Assembly: GCA_964460855.1 (NCBI GenBank)
Contig: CAYWQH010000008.1
Location: 5,795 to 69,794 of the forward strand
Direction of reading: 5' to 3'
Origin: an uncultured Candidatus Saccharibacteria bacterium
Lineage (GTDB): Bacteria > Patescibacteriota > Saccharimonadia > Saccharimonadales > UBA10212
Length of the DNA: 64,000 nucleotides
Positions 9,408 to 20,400 of this stretch are shown here, piece by piece; position 1 is the first letter of the stretch, and each line of letters starts with the position of its first letter. A program made the translations under genes and the position numbers. The notes below the pieces were generated by a model, which saw only the letters and a program-made list of their open reading frames with translations, searched no databases and had not been told where the DNA came from.

Positions 9408-10124
9408 ATGAGTAAAAACCGGCTTGATACGGAATTAGTGCGGCGCCAGTTAGTTTCTACCCGGTCACAGGCCGAAAGCTATATTAAGATGGGCAAAGTC
9501 AAAGTAGACGGGCAGGCAGCTTCTAAACCGGGCCAGCCGGTATCTGCCAGCTCCAAAATTCAATTAGACGTTGAGGAGCAATTCGTTAACCGGGCGGCGC
9601 TTAAGCTGGCCGGCGTAGCTGAAAATTTACGGCTTAGCTTTAAAGATAAAACCGTTTTGGATGTCGGCAGCAGCACCGGCGGCTTTACCGATTTCGCCCT
9701 GCGCCGCGGCGCCAAAAAAGTAATTGCCGTAGACGTTGGCAAAGGCCAGCTGCACCCCAGCTTGCATAGCGACCCGAGGATTGAGCTCCACGAGCAAACC
9801 GATATCCGCGATTTTGAAACTCCAGAAAAAATTGATTTCGTTTTAATAGATACCAGCTTTATCAGCCTGCGGCAGGTGTTGCCGGCTTGCCAAAAATTTT
9901 TGGCTGCCGATACCCAGGTTGCCGCTTTGCTAAAGCCGCAGTTCGAAGCCGGGCCGCAAGACGTTAACAAGGGAATCATTAAAAACGATACTATTCGCCG
10001 CCGGATTATGAAAGATTTCGAACACTGGCTGCAAGGCAGATACGTGCTGCTGGATAAAGCCGACAGCCCGGTGGCCGGCGAAAAGGGCAACCGCGAACGT
10101 TTTTACCTATTGCGTTTAGTTTAA
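9408..10124 (+). CDS. tlyA: TlyA-family rRNA 2'-O-methyltransferase (S4 domain + FtsJ-like MTase)
   Basis: S4-like N-terminus RLDTELVRRQLVSTRSQAESYIKMGKVKVDG and SAM motif LDVGSSTGGFTDFALRRGAKKVIAVDVG. Confidence 0.85.
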   Translation: MSKNRLDTELVRRQLVSTRSQAESYIKMGKVKVDGQAASKPGQPVSASSKIQLDVEEQFVNRAALKLAGVAENLRLSFKDKTVLDVGSSTGGFTDFALRRGAKKVIAVDVGKGQLHPSLHSDPRIELHEQTDIRDFETPEKIDFVLIDTSFISLRQVLPACQKFLAADTQVAALLKPQFEAGPQDVNKGIIKNDTIRRRIMKDFEHWLQGRYVLLDKADSPVAGEKGNRERFYLLRLV

Positions 10125-10188
10125 GAACTGTTATCATAGCCATAAGCTTTACGCTCAAATAAATAATAAGCAAATACAAAACTGGGAG

Positions 10189-11154
10189 ATGTCAAAACAC
10201 CTTAGGAGGTGGCCTAAGCCATCGTCGTATAAACATACGACTGGCGTTATTGAAAAACGCAAGTCGTCTTTAAGGTATATCCTGCCGCTAATAATTATTG
10301 TAAACGGCGCGGTACTGTTGGCATTTATGCAGCTAAGCCGCCAATATGACGCTTCGGCGGCCAGTACCGGCCTCAATGACCAGCCCGTTAAAGTCGAAAA
10401 ACTGCCCGACCCTAAAACTCCGGCTGCATCCGCCCCAATCCAGGAGAAGGTTGCTTACCAGGATGCCGGCTTACAGCAAATATTGGATGACTGGAGTGCC
10501 CAGCACCCGGGAACTGATTGGTCGGTTGTAGTCCGCGGTATGGACGGCGACAACCGCAGCGCTTCGGTGCGCGCCAAATCCTGGTATAACCCGGCTAGCC
10601 TATATAAGTTGCTGCTGACATACAACTTTTTTCAGCGCTACGGCCTTGATGATTTAGACAGCCACAACTTATACCTAAACGGCAATAAACGCACCTATCG
10701 TTCTTGTTTTGAAGCGATGATTAAAATATCAGATAACCCCTGCGGCGAAGCTTTCGGTAACCAATTGGGATGGGGCAGGCTGGATGCCAGCTTGCGAACC
10801 GTGGGCTTAAAAGAAACCCAGCTAAACCGCAAAGATACGATATTCACCAATGCGTCGGATGTTTCACTTTATCTTGAAAAGTTATATAACGGCACGCTGC
10901 TGAGCAAAGAAAAACGCGATTACCTTATTGGCTTGATGCAGCAGCAAAAATTCCGCTCCGGCATTCCAGCTGGTTGCCAAAGCTGTATTATCGCCGACAA
11001 AACCGGTGACTTAACTAATGTGCGCCACGATGCCGCTATAGTTAACAGCAAAGGCCATACTTATATTTTGGTAATCATGACTTCCGGTGCCCAGTATAAG
11101 CAAATAGCCGAGTTGACCCAGCTGATAAACAACTACATGACCACCAACCCTTAA
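10189..11154 (+). CDS. Membrane-anchored serine hydrolase, class A beta-lactamase-like
   Basis: N-terminal TM helix, then SxxK (SLYK), SDN (ISDN) and KTG (DKTGD) motifs in the canonical order. Confidence 0.7.
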   Translation: MSKHLRRWPKPSSYKHTTGVIEKRKSSLRYILPLIIIVNGAVLLAFMQLSRQYDASAASTGLNDQPVKVEKLPDPKTPAASAPIQEKVAYQDAGLQQILDDWSAQHPGTDWSVVVRGMDGDNRSASVRAKSWYNPASLYKLLLTYNFFQRYGLDDLDSHNLYLNGNKRTYRSCFEAMIKISDNPCGEAFGNQLGWGRLDASLRTVGLKETQLNRKDTIFTNASDVSLYLEKLYNGTLLSKEKRDYLIGLMQQQKFRSGIPAGCQSCIIADKTGDLTNVRHDAAIVNSKGHTYILVIMTSGAQYKQIAELTQLINNYMTTNP

Positions 11155-12242
11155 ACGTTGAATTTAAATTCGACGACGTCGTTGGGCTGCATCACGTAAG
11201 TCTTGCCTTCGGTGCGCATTTTGCCGGCCGCCTTAGCGGCCGTTTCCGAACCGGCCGCCACTAAATCTTCATACGAAACGACCTGGGCGGCAATAAAGCC
11301 GCGTTCGAAATCGGTATGGATAACCCCGGCGGCCTGCGGGGCGGTGGCGCCTTTGGCAACTGTCCAGGCCCGCACTTCTTTTTCGCCGGCGGTTAAATAG
11401 CTTTGCAAACCCAACGTGTCATATGCTTCGCGGATTAATATAACCAGGCCGCTTTCGGCCTGGCCGTAGCTGTCCAGCATTTCTTGCCGCTCAAATTCGT
11501 CGAGCACCCGCAGTTCGTTTTCCAGTTTGGCAGTAATGCAAATTGATTGGGCGGGCGAAACCATAACGGCCAGCTTTTGTTGGGCAGGCCGGTCGGCCAG
11601 GGTTTCTTCATCGACATTAAAAACATAAATTACCGGTTTCATCGTTATCAGCTGTAATTCCTGCTTAAGCCACGACCAGCTTTCTTCATCGAATTCTGCC
11701 TGGCGGGCGACCAGCGTCTGGCCGCTGTCCAGCAAATCTTTGGCTTGGTTAAAGGCATCGGAAAAAGCTTTAAGTTTTGGGTTAGCCCTAGCTTCTTTTT
11801 CCAGGATTGGCTGGCGTTTAGTAACCGTTTGCAAATCGGCTAGCACCAGCTCGGTATTAATTACTTCTATATCCTTTTCCGGGTTATGATTGTCGTCCAC
11901 ATGCTGGACGTTCGGGTCGCCGAAAGCCCTGACGACATGGGCGATGGCGTTGGCCGTGCGGATATTTGCCAAGAACTGGTTGCCCAGGCCTTCGCCCTTG
12001 CTGGCGCCGGCAACTAAGCCGGCAATATCTACGAACTCCACCGTAGCCGGCACGATTTTTTGGGTGTTATACATTTTAGCCAGCACGTCCAGCCGCTCAT
12101 CGGGAATCGGCACCACGCCAGTATTCGGCTCGATCGTCGCAAACGGGTAGTTGGCCGCCAGAGCATTATTGTCGGTTAAAGCGTTAAACAGGGTAGACTT
12201 GCCAACGTTAGGTAGGCCCACTATTCCGATAGATAAAGACAT
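11151..12242 (-). CDS. ychF: Ribosome-binding ATPase YchF
   Basis: MSLSIGIVGLPNVGKSTLFNALT with the P-loop, a TGS-like C-terminus, 363 aa. Confidence 0.92.
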   Translation of the reverse strand: MSLSIGIVGLPNVGKSTLFNALTDNNALAANYPFATIEPNTGVVPIPDERLDVLAKMYNTQKIVPATVEFVDIAGLVAGASKGEGLGNQFLANIRTANAIAHVVRAFGDPNVQHVDDNHNPEKDIEVINTELVLADLQTVTKRQPILEKEARANPKLKAFSDAFNQAKDLLDSGQTLVARQAEFDEESWSWLKQELQLITMKPVIYVFNVDEETLADRPAQQKLAVMVSPAQSICITAKLENELRVLDEFERQEMLDSYGQAESGLVILIREAYDTLGLQSYLTAGEKEVRAWTVAKGATAPQAAGVIHTDFERGFIAAQVVSYEDLVAAGSETAAKAAGKMRTEGKTYVMQPNDVVEFKFNV

Positions 12243-12383
12243 GCGGCTATTTTAACAGAGGTAATAATAAAATAAGTATTTTTAAGGTTGAATTGGCGAA
12301 CTGCTAGTGCTACGGTGTAAGTAACGTTTGTTTATTAAGCAAACTCGCAATCTCAAAAAACCAAAGACAAAAGGAATGGTCGA

Positions 12384-13091
12384 ATGTCTCCTTATAAACT
12401 TCCATCAGAAGGCTTTTCTGGCGGTGAATTAATTTGTGGTCCCTGTGAATTTGAACGCCATTACGTCAAAAGAATAGGTGTGAATCAATTATTGCCTAAC
12501 CCAGATGCCCATCCGCATTTTGATCCGCAAGACGTGCCGGTTCTATATGAAAAAAGCCGCGAGTTAGTGAAAGGCCTTGAAAACCCGGTTTTGCATATAG
12601 ATCTTAACGGCCAATTCCCTTGGGAACAAACCGCCACTTTAATGGCGGCCCGCCAGGCCGGCGCCGAAGTAGTATTTGATAATCAACCGGAACGCACAAG
12701 GGTATTTAGTATGAACTGCCATCGCTTCAGCCGACAAACCGAAGTATACCCAAGTAATGGCTTACTTTTTGTTTATGAGGAGAGTATTGATATCGAAAGT
12801 TTAAGGCACGCTACTTTAGACATTAGCCTGCTGTCAGGTACTGATCTCGATCTGGCTAATTTAGAATTGCCTCATGTAAATGCCGACGTATTGAGCATTA
12901 CTACCCATCCTGAGACTGAGCATATTTTGCCGTCGATGGTACGCTCTTACGTAGAAGGCAATCAATTACAAGCAGTTAGCGCCGGGATAAAAGGCCTATC
13001 CGATAGTATCGGAAGAAAAAATGATGATCGCTGTATTGTAGTTTGGGCCCAACCTGGCCAAGAAGTACTGCTAGGCGCCCAGCTTTACTAA
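12384..13091 (+). CDS. Hypothetical protein
   Basis: 235-aa ORF with no family recognised. The upstream sequence aaaaggaatgg is a plausible RBS. Confidence 0.5.
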   Translation: MSPYKLPSEGFSGGELICGPCEFERHYVKRIGVNQLLPNPDAHPHFDPQDVPVLYEKSRELVKGLENPVLHIDLNGQFPWEQTATLMAARQAGAEVVFDNQPERTRVFSMNCHRFSRQTEVYPSNGLLFVYEESIDIESLRHATLDISLLSGTDLDLANLELPHVNADVLSITTHPETEHILPSMVRSYVEGNQLQAVSAGIKGLSDSIGRKNDDRCIVVWAQPGQEVLLGAQLY

Positions 13092-13139
13092 GCATAAACG
13101 GCTTGCGGCTATCTTAAACCGCCTCTATAATGCTTAATC

Positions 13140-13730
13140 ATGCAACCCGGACCGGCGGTGGGATCTGCCTCTTTTTGGCAAAAAAATAAGCATTTAATTA
13201 TGTACGCGGCCATATTAATTGTTTTTTTAAGCGCGGCCGCGGTAGTAGCGGTAAATTACCGAAACTCCCATAAATCATCAGATATCACCGATGCCGACCG
13301 GCGGACTAATGCCGACAAGCAATTACAAGACATCAAAAACGAAGGCAGCTCCACCCAGAACAAGCGCGAATACGCCGCGGTATTAGCTGACGAAGGCCGC
13401 TACAACGATGCTAAAGACGCTTACCTGGCAATCATCGCCGCCGGCCAAGGTAACCAGGACGACGCCGTTGGCGTCATGAACATCTGCACGTTGCGGCAGG
13501 TAAGCGGCCAGGTGGCATGCCTTACTACTGCCGAGCAGCAGGTACTTAAATTTAAAGACAGCCTGACTTTTAATAACGCTTATGCCGCCGGCCAATTGCT
13601 GGAACAAAACGGGCGAAAAGCTTCGGCCAAACAAATGTTTATGAGGGCACTGGCAGTTTACCCCAACCCTAATAACGACGAGTACATTATGACCCAACAG
13701 CAGTTAACGGATCACGCTAATGGGCTTTAG
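13140..13730 (+). CDS. Membrane-anchored TPR-like protein (module A, small partner)
   Basis: One N-terminal TM helix (LIMYAAILIVFLSAAAVVAV) followed by helical-repeat-like sequence. It overlaps the next gene by 11 nt. It has the same architecture and position as 16817..17440. Confidence 0.55.
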   Translation: MQPGPAVGSASFWQKNKHLIMYAAILIVFLSAAAVVAVNYRNSHKSSDITDADRRTNADKQLQDIKNEGSSTQNKREYAAVLADEGRYNDAKDAYLAIIAAGQGNQDDAVGVMNICTLRQVSGQVACLTTAEQQVLKFKDSLTFNNAYAAGQLLEQNGRKASAKQMFMRALAVYPNPNNDEYIMTQQQLTDHANGL

Positions 13731-16700
13731 TAAGAAGAAGCTTTTAATGGCCGGCGGAATGTTTTTGTTTGCTTTGGTGTTGTTTGGCCGTGGCCAGCCG
13801 GCCAGCGCGGCGACCTTAACCTGGCCCAACCCCAGTGACTTCACCCGCAATGACGTGCAGATGGTGGTGGCCAATATAGGCCCTACTTATCTTTTAGACG
13901 CCCCCGAATCGCGCATCCATATTTTTACCCAAAACCGCAGCGGATCGGTAGTTATTAAAAATGCTGGTTATTGCGACCCTAACGATAGGGGCGGGGTGCA
14001 AACCGAATTTATCTTATATTCTACCGGCCCGCAAGAAATCGGCTTGGTTAAAAGGCTGGATGCCGCTAACGCCAGCTGCAACTCCGGCACTCTTCAGCTT
14101 AACTGGAGGGGCCTTAACCCCAATTCGAAATCGGCCGTTCCCGGCCACGAAGCTTACTACGTGCTGGAATTCGCAGCCCTGGCCAAAAGCTCCAACCAAG
14201 GCTGGAACATGTTTTATTTACAAATGGATGACAGCGGCGGTCCCGATTTTTACGGCCGTCCGATCCAGGCGTTCAGTTTTTACGCCGGCGCGCCCGATAA
14301 ATTCGCCCTTAAAGAGCCGGGAAATGGAATCCCCGGCACAAAAGAGAACTTTAGAATTAAATTCGCGCCGACTTGCGATGTATCGGCGGCGTCGCGGAAA
14401 AATAAAACCATTAGCTGGTTCGACGCCGATGCCGGCCAGGCCAACCAGAATTTTGAAAACCCGGTTGTAACCAGGTTTATAGAATCGCCCAATGACAGTA
14501 TCGGTACCATCGATCCTTTGAATATCAGGACTGGTAATAACGTGGGCGGCTCCCAACAGGTAAAGCTTCACGGCAAGCATACATATACTTGGACCTGGTA
14601 CGACATTTATAGCGCTAACGGCATCCAGTTCCATATACCGTATGACAGTTTTAACGCCGAGCTGCCGTGTTTGCCGCCGGATAATGCCGTATGCACCACC
14701 GCTAACAATAACTTAACTTTGGCCCTAAATACTTCCCGGCCAGTTAACCTGAACATCCAAAATACCGGCGGCATTAGATGGGACAATGCCGCCTGGCAAT
14801 GGCGCCAATACCTGCCAACGGCCGGGCCTTTTAATAATTACCCGCTCAATAAGTTCCCGGTATTTCCCAACCAGACCCGAACCGTTACATACGTGATTCC
14901 CGCCAGGGGAGCGCCGGCTAACAATGTGGTTTACGAAGTTTGGCCCACCTATAACGGTGCCAAATTGGGCAGTTCGCCGTGCCGGATTACGGTTAATTAC
15001 GCCAACACGCCAAGCGGCGGTTTCGTGGCCAGTCAAACTCCTTGTACGGCAGTAAATGTCCGGTTGTTTTTCCGGGATGCCGCCGGCCGGCCGACTAACG
15101 CTTCGGCCAATGCCAGGATTACTTACGCTTCAAAAAATAATGCCGGGGCGGTTGTAAAAACATACGCCCCGGTAACTTTTGTGGTAACTTCGGCTAACAA
15201 CCACGTAGTATCCAGGAACCCTTATGTGGACGTAGCGGGGCTATCGAGGAACGGCAAGGTTACTGCTTCGCTGGAAGGCCAGGGCAGTGACGGGTCATGG
15301 TCACCGCTGCCGCCCAGCTTTACCTTTGGCCCGTGCATTGACATAACGCCAACCTGCCAATCGGATGCCACGGCGCCCGAGCCCGAAGAGCCGGTTACCG
15401 GCTCAACATTTAGCGCCTACGCTAAATTTACCAACCGTACGTCGGTAGATACCCCGGCAGGGCAGTATACGGTCCACGTCAGTTGGGACCCGCAAATAAA
15501 CATTGCCGCGCCAAACCCCAGTGATTTTAGCGCGGTAGTACCAAAGCTTAATTCACCGGCGGCATCGTTTGGCTTTACCGGCAATACTGCCTTTACCGTA
15601 ACCGGAACCGGCGGATCTATTACGCTTACGGTTGTTTATGTCGGCGACCCGGCAGATATCAGCCCTACCAGCAAAACCTGTAAAATCCAGATTAAACCGG
15701 CTAGCCGGCCTTATATCTGGGTACAGGGCGACGACGCCAATGCCGGCGGTGAGTGGCCTTATGTTTTACCTAAAAATTGTGTGCGCAGCGCCAATATAAA
15801 TACTTACGGCCGGATTTCCGTGCCCGGCGGCGGGCCCAACGGCCGCTACGGATCCAGCACCGATTTCGCGGCCCTGGCCACGGGTGATATTTTCGGCAGC
15901 GTAACTGATGGCAACGCCAGGGTGGCGTTTTATAGCGGTAACGCTATTGGCGACCCGGCGCCGACAACTAATCTTAATTTTGCTAATGTCGGGTCATTTA
16001 TGAACTCCACGGTATTTGGCGGCCATTTTGGCGCCAATGATTGCCTGACGGATTACTTTAGCGATTACGACAACGCTGTTAAAAACGGAACGGTGCCTGT
16101 GTTGCCTCCCCCAACGGGCATCAGCGACACCAGCGGCATCCACTACTACGACACTAACGGAGGTACGGCCGTTATTAACGGCATGACCTTGTCGGAAGGC
16201 GATGTAGCCACCATATACATTAATGGCGACGCTATTATTGCCGGGGACATCCGCTACAATACCACCGCCGGCTTAACCACCAATATTGCCAACTGGCCCT
16301 ATTTTAAACTGGTCGTTAAAGGCAATATTTATATCGACCAAAACGCCGTAAAAGAATTGAACGGGCTGTATGTGGCCCAGCCCACAACTACCGTGAACCC
16401 GCCCGACGACGGGGTTATTTATGATTGCGCCAACGCTAACGCGCCGGTGCCATTGGCTACGCTTACGGCCGACCAGTGCTTTAACCAGCTAAAAGTAAAC
16501 GGCGCGTTTATCGCCCAAAAAATCGCCATGGCCCGCACCGGCGTCGATGGCGCCCGTAAAACCTCAACTGTATCCGAAACCAGGGCGGGGCGCCAGTTCA
16601 ACTCCAGCCGCGGCGTCGGCGAACCGACCGAAATATTTAACCTTAGCCCGGAGTTAGTGATAGGCATACCAAATGTGTCGGGCGGCAATAATAACGGCTG

Positions 16701-16746
16701 CCAATTCTGCTACGACAATTTAGTAAGCTTGCCGCCCATCTTTTAG
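13720..16746 (+). CDS. Large secreted/surface protein (module A), paralog of 17421..20507
   Basis: Signal peptide MGFSKKKLLMAGGMFLFALVLFGRGQPASA|AT. It shares blocks with the next large ORF: FRIKFAPTCD/YRLKFAPPCN, RPYIWVQGDDANAGGEW/RPYLKVFGDNAAAGGDW, WPYFKLVVKGNIY/WPYFKLVVMGNIY, DCFNQL, EPTEIFNLSPE, and the C-terminus SLPPIF/SLPPTF. Confidence 0.75.
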   Translation: MGFSKKKLLMAGGMFLFALVLFGRGQPASAATLTWPNPSDFTRNDVQMVVANIGPTYLLDAPESRIHIFTQNRSGSVVIKNAGYCDPNDRGGVQTEFILYSTGPQEIGLVKRLDAANASCNSGTLQLNWRGLNPNSKSAVPGHEAYYVLEFAALAKSSNQGWNMFYLQMDDSGGPDFYGRPIQAFSFYAGAPDKFALKEPGNGIPGTKENFRIKFAPTCDVSAASRKNKTISWFDADAGQANQNFENPVVTRFIESPNDSIGTIDPLNIRTGNNVGGSQQVKLHGKHTYTWTWYDIYSANGIQFHIPYDSFNAELPCLPPDNAVCTTANNNLTLALNTSRPVNLNIQNTGGIRWDNAAWQWRQYLPTAGPFNNYPLNKFPVFPNQTRTVTYVIPARGAPANNVVYEVWPTYNGAKLGSSPCRITVNYANTPSGGFVASQTPCTAVNVRLFFRDAAGRPTNASANARITYASKNNAGAVVKTYAPVTFVVTSANNHVVSRNPYVDVAGLSRNGKVTASLEGQGSDGSWSPLPPSFTFGPCIDITPTCQSDATAPEPEEPVTGSTFSAYAKFTNRTSVDTPAGQYTVHVSWDPQINIAAPNPSDFSAVVPKLNSPAASFGFTGNTAFTVTGTGGSITLTVVYVGDPADISPTSKTCKIQIKPASRPYIWVQGDDANAGGEWPYVLPKNCVRSANINTYGRISVPGGGPNGRYGSSTDFAALATGDIFGSVTDGNARVAFYSGNAIGDPAPTTNLNFANVGSFMNSTVFGGHFGANDCLTDYFSDYDNAVKNGTVPVLPPPTGISDTSGIHYYDTNGGTAVINGMTLSEGDVATIYINGDAIIAGDIRYNTTAGLTTNIANWPYFKLVVKGNIYIDQNAVKELNGLYVAQPTTTVNPPDDGVIYDCANANAPVPLATLTADQCFNQLKVNGAFIAQKIAMARTGVDGARKTSTVSETRAGRQFNSSRGVGEPTEIFNLSPELVIGIPNVSGGNNNGCQFCYDNLVSLPPIF

Positions 16747-16816
16747 AGGTAACATGAAATTGCTAATTACAGCATTAGCGATATAATTTAATTAAGCTTA
16801 TATTGGCAGGAATATA

Positions 16817-17440
16817 TTGTTGCTCGCGAAACTCAAGAACCATAAACCATTAGGCATAATCGCCATTATCATCGCGGTAGTTTGTTTAGGCGCGGCGGTA
16901 TTCGGCGGCTATAAGTTGTTTAAAAACCACCGGGATAGCCAGGCCCGGAAAGTTAGCAATTCGTTTAAACAAGAAAACAGCCCTAACGCCCCGGCATCAG
17001 TTCAGGAACAAGCTTTAAACAAAGGCCAGATCCAAAGCACGGACGGGGGTGGCAACCTCGCCGTCGCCGAAGATTATTTAAGAGAAAAAAATTATGACAA
17101 AGCCGCCGAAGTAGTAAAACCGCTAGCCAACGACCCAACCAAGAAACGCCCTTATACCTGCGAAATAATGATAAAAGTTTATGTCGGCAAAGGGCAAACG
17201 TCCGAAAAAAACGCCGCCGCCAGTTACTGTGCCGGGCAGTGCCTGCAAGACGTATATCCTGGCAACGACGGCAAAGTTTACCAATACTACTGCGCCGCCA
17301 AAGTTTACAAGTTCGTGGGCGATACCGCTAACGCCAAAAAATACTTTAAAATGCTAGTTGACTATGTCGATGCCAACCCCGATTTAAAAAATAATGAATC
17401 AATACCGGAAATTTACGGCAATGCTAAAGCTAACTCATAA
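16817..17440 (+). CDS. Membrane-anchored TPR-like protein (module B, small partner)
   Basis: TTG start, one TM helix (IIAIIIAVVCLGAAVFGG), and helical repeat-like sequence (EDYLREKNYDKAAEVVKPLA). It overlaps the next gene by 20 nt. Confidence 0.55.
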   Translation: MLLAKLKNHKPLGIIAIIIAVVCLGAAVFGGYKLFKNHRDSQARKVSNSFKQENSPNAPASVQEQALNKGQIQSTDGGGNLAVAEDYLREKNYDKAAEVVKPLANDPTKKRPYTCEIMIKVYVGKGQTSEKNAAASYCAGQCLQDVYPGNDGKVYQYYCAAKVYKFVGDTANAKKYFKMLVDYVDANPDLKNNESIPEIYGNAKANS

Positions 17441-20400
17441 TCGGCTGCTAATAGTAATAGGTATTTTTGTATTGGCCGGCGCGTTATTCGCCATGTTGAG
17501 CGGCGGCAAAGCCGCGGCCTTAAATAATACATACCCGGATACAGTACATGACACCAGCTTTACGGGTCAACCGGGCAATGTAAACGCCCAAATTATAATG
17601 TCTGACGTCGGCCAGTTGAATGCCCCGACATCCGAGGTTGCGGTATATACCACCGATCCGAAAGCAAGCTTTTATATCGAAGGCGGGGCAAACGACTGCG
17701 GAAATTCGGACAGCGGCAATGTTACGGTGCGCTGGTCGTTTATAACTGATACTAAAACCAGCGGTTGGGTAGTTACTAAAGTAGTCCAGTCAGCGCGCCA
17801 AGGCGCTGTAGGCGGCGCTAACACAGACAATTCATGCCTGCCGTATTTGGTTACATTAACTTTGCCGCCTGATAGCACTGGCTCGAAGCAAATTGGTGAC
17901 CGGTGGTACTACGTTTGGCGGGTGCAGACGAATTTGGTCGCCAGTTCCGGGGGTTTAAACGCTTTCCATTACCTGGTTAATGAAAACTTATTACCCGGAG
18001 CGCCGGCCGGTATAATTGCTCCATTCTCGCTTGGCGTCTATAACAGTGATTACGCAAATTACGGAGTAAACGACCAGGAAGTGCCTTTGAAAAACCGGGG
18101 TATACTAGCCTGTTTGCCGGGCGCCAAACTACCGCCCTGCACAAATTCCGGCGTGTACCGCCTTAAATTCGCCCCCCCTTGCAACCAGGCCTGGGACGGC
18201 AGGACCCAGCGGGCCTACCTGCAATGGTTTGACGACGATTATGGCAGCCCCGAAGAACCGCCCAGCTCGCCGATTCGTTTGCAGCTGCTGGACGAAACCA
18301 CCGGCGCTTTGGTGCCGTTAACCCACTATTTGCCTGCCACCCCGGCCGGCACGGCCACTACCATCGCGGCCGATGCCGGCAACCAGATTCCCGGAGCGGC
18401 TTATTTCTTCCCGCAAACCGAACATAAATATACTTGGATCGTATCCAATGTGCACCCCAATAATGGCTGGGAATTCCGCCAGCCATTCGATGGCATCAAC
18501 CACGAAACAAACTGCCAGCATATTAGTTGCACAGTAACCGGCCCGGCGACGGTTTTTCCAAACTCGTCATATACTGCGGTAGTACATGTTAAGAACAGTG
18601 GGAAAGGCGGCCTCGATACCAGATTTGGTGTTACTGATTCCGCTACGCCGCTGAGCCAAACTAACATTTCACCGACCATCCCGCCCGGAGGTACGGGTAA
18701 CATCCCTATTGCCATGACATCAGGAACACCACCGGGGAGTTATACTGTCGGCTTCACCGTGTATAACCACATTCCGCCGCTAAACATGCCCGGGCAAGTA
18801 GCTGCCCAATGCTCGCTGCCTATCCAAATCATTCCGCAGCCTAAACCGAGGTTTACGGCCGCGCCTACTGCTACCTGTACTTTAGTGCAGTTTAGGGCCC
18901 AGTATGACCCGCCCAACAACAACATTCCGCTCAAAGTCCATTTACAAATTTCGGATTTGTCAAACGGAAGTGTCGTTGTAGATAATCCTAATTGGGTTAT
19001 TCCGCCGCCATATTCTGCTGCCGCAGAACAATTTGACCCATTTGGCAATTTGCCGGGAACTGCAACAAAAATATACCCGCATAAAACTTATTCGGTAACC
19101 CTGTCGCTATTTGATCCCAGCGGCGCGCCAGTAGCCGGATCGGATAATACCGTAAATATTAATGGCGGGCAGCCGTGTATAACTCCCAGTTGCAGCATTA
19201 GCGGCAATCCCGAGCCCGGCGAAGTATCGCAAGGCATAAGCTATAAAGTCGACAACAACACCGACCAAACTTACAACCAGCCAAACTATTTCTTCACTTT
19301 CGACGTATCGCCAGGGCCTCTCCCGGTAGATGTACCGGCCGGGCCGCCGTTTCCTAGGTCTTCGAATCCGGTCCAGCCTACTTTACCGCCATTCGGCAGC
19401 GCGGGGCTTACGGTTAACGCCACTCTTAACCATATTTTAGGAGGGTCCCTGGCCGTAACCCCTTGTAGAATCACCGCTTCAACCCGCCCGTACCTCAAAG
19501 TGTTCGGCGATAACGCCGCGGCCGGCGGCGACTGGCAAAATGTGTCGCCTGGCAAATGCGACAAAGCCAGCAGCAACATCAACACCTACGGCCGCTTTAC
19601 TATACCGGGAGTTGCCGGCCCGCCTTCCGGCGGATATGGATCCACCGGTGAGTTCGCCGCCCTGGCTTCGGGCAGCATTTTCGGCAGCCTAACCGACGAG
19701 TCGCCGCCCATGGCAGCTTTTTACTCCGGCATAAACCGAAACATTGTAGTCCCGCCCGATGCATCACTTAACTTTTCCAATACAGGGCCGTTCGCCGCCG
19801 GAATTTTTGGCGGCAAATTCGGCCAAACCAGTTGTTTTGTTGATTATTTTGCCGGATACACCAACGCCGTTAAAGCCGGTGCGCCAACTATTACCGGTGA
19901 TTTGCCTGGCAATCCGGCCAACGGAAACTACTACTTTAACAACGGCGGATCCGGCCCGGTAAACATTGGCGGCTTGGACTTAAAAGAAGGCCAGCAAATA
20001 ACCGTTTACGTTAACGGCGACGTTACAATAAGCGGCGACATCACTTTTAACCCTGGCAGCGGATACAGCCCCAAAACTAACGACTGGCCATATTTCAAAT
20101 TGGTAGTAATGGGTAATATATATGTTAAAGATTCGGTAACTAAACTGGCCGGTTTTTACATTGCCCAGCCGCAAAATGATGGCAGCGCCGGCAGGTTTTA
20201 CGATTGCGCCAATGGCACTACGCCGGTATCACTGAGTTCAATGACGCTTAACGACTGCTTTAACCAACTGACAATAAACGGGGCGCTGTTAGCCCAGCGG
20301 CTGGCGCCGGGCCGTACCGGCGTCAGCAGTACCCTCAAAGCTTCTACCCTAAGCGATACCGACCTGGCTAACCGTTTTAACAAAGAACCAACCGAAGTCT

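Noticed and set aside
16817-17440. Possible frameshifted or fused gene, because 16817..17440 overlaps the track ORF 17394..20507 by 47 nt.
   Set aside because: Using the ATG at 17421 reduces the overlap to 20 nt and yields a clean signal peptide. Module A shows the same short-overlap arrangement (11 nt), so this is normal translational coupling and not a pseudogene.
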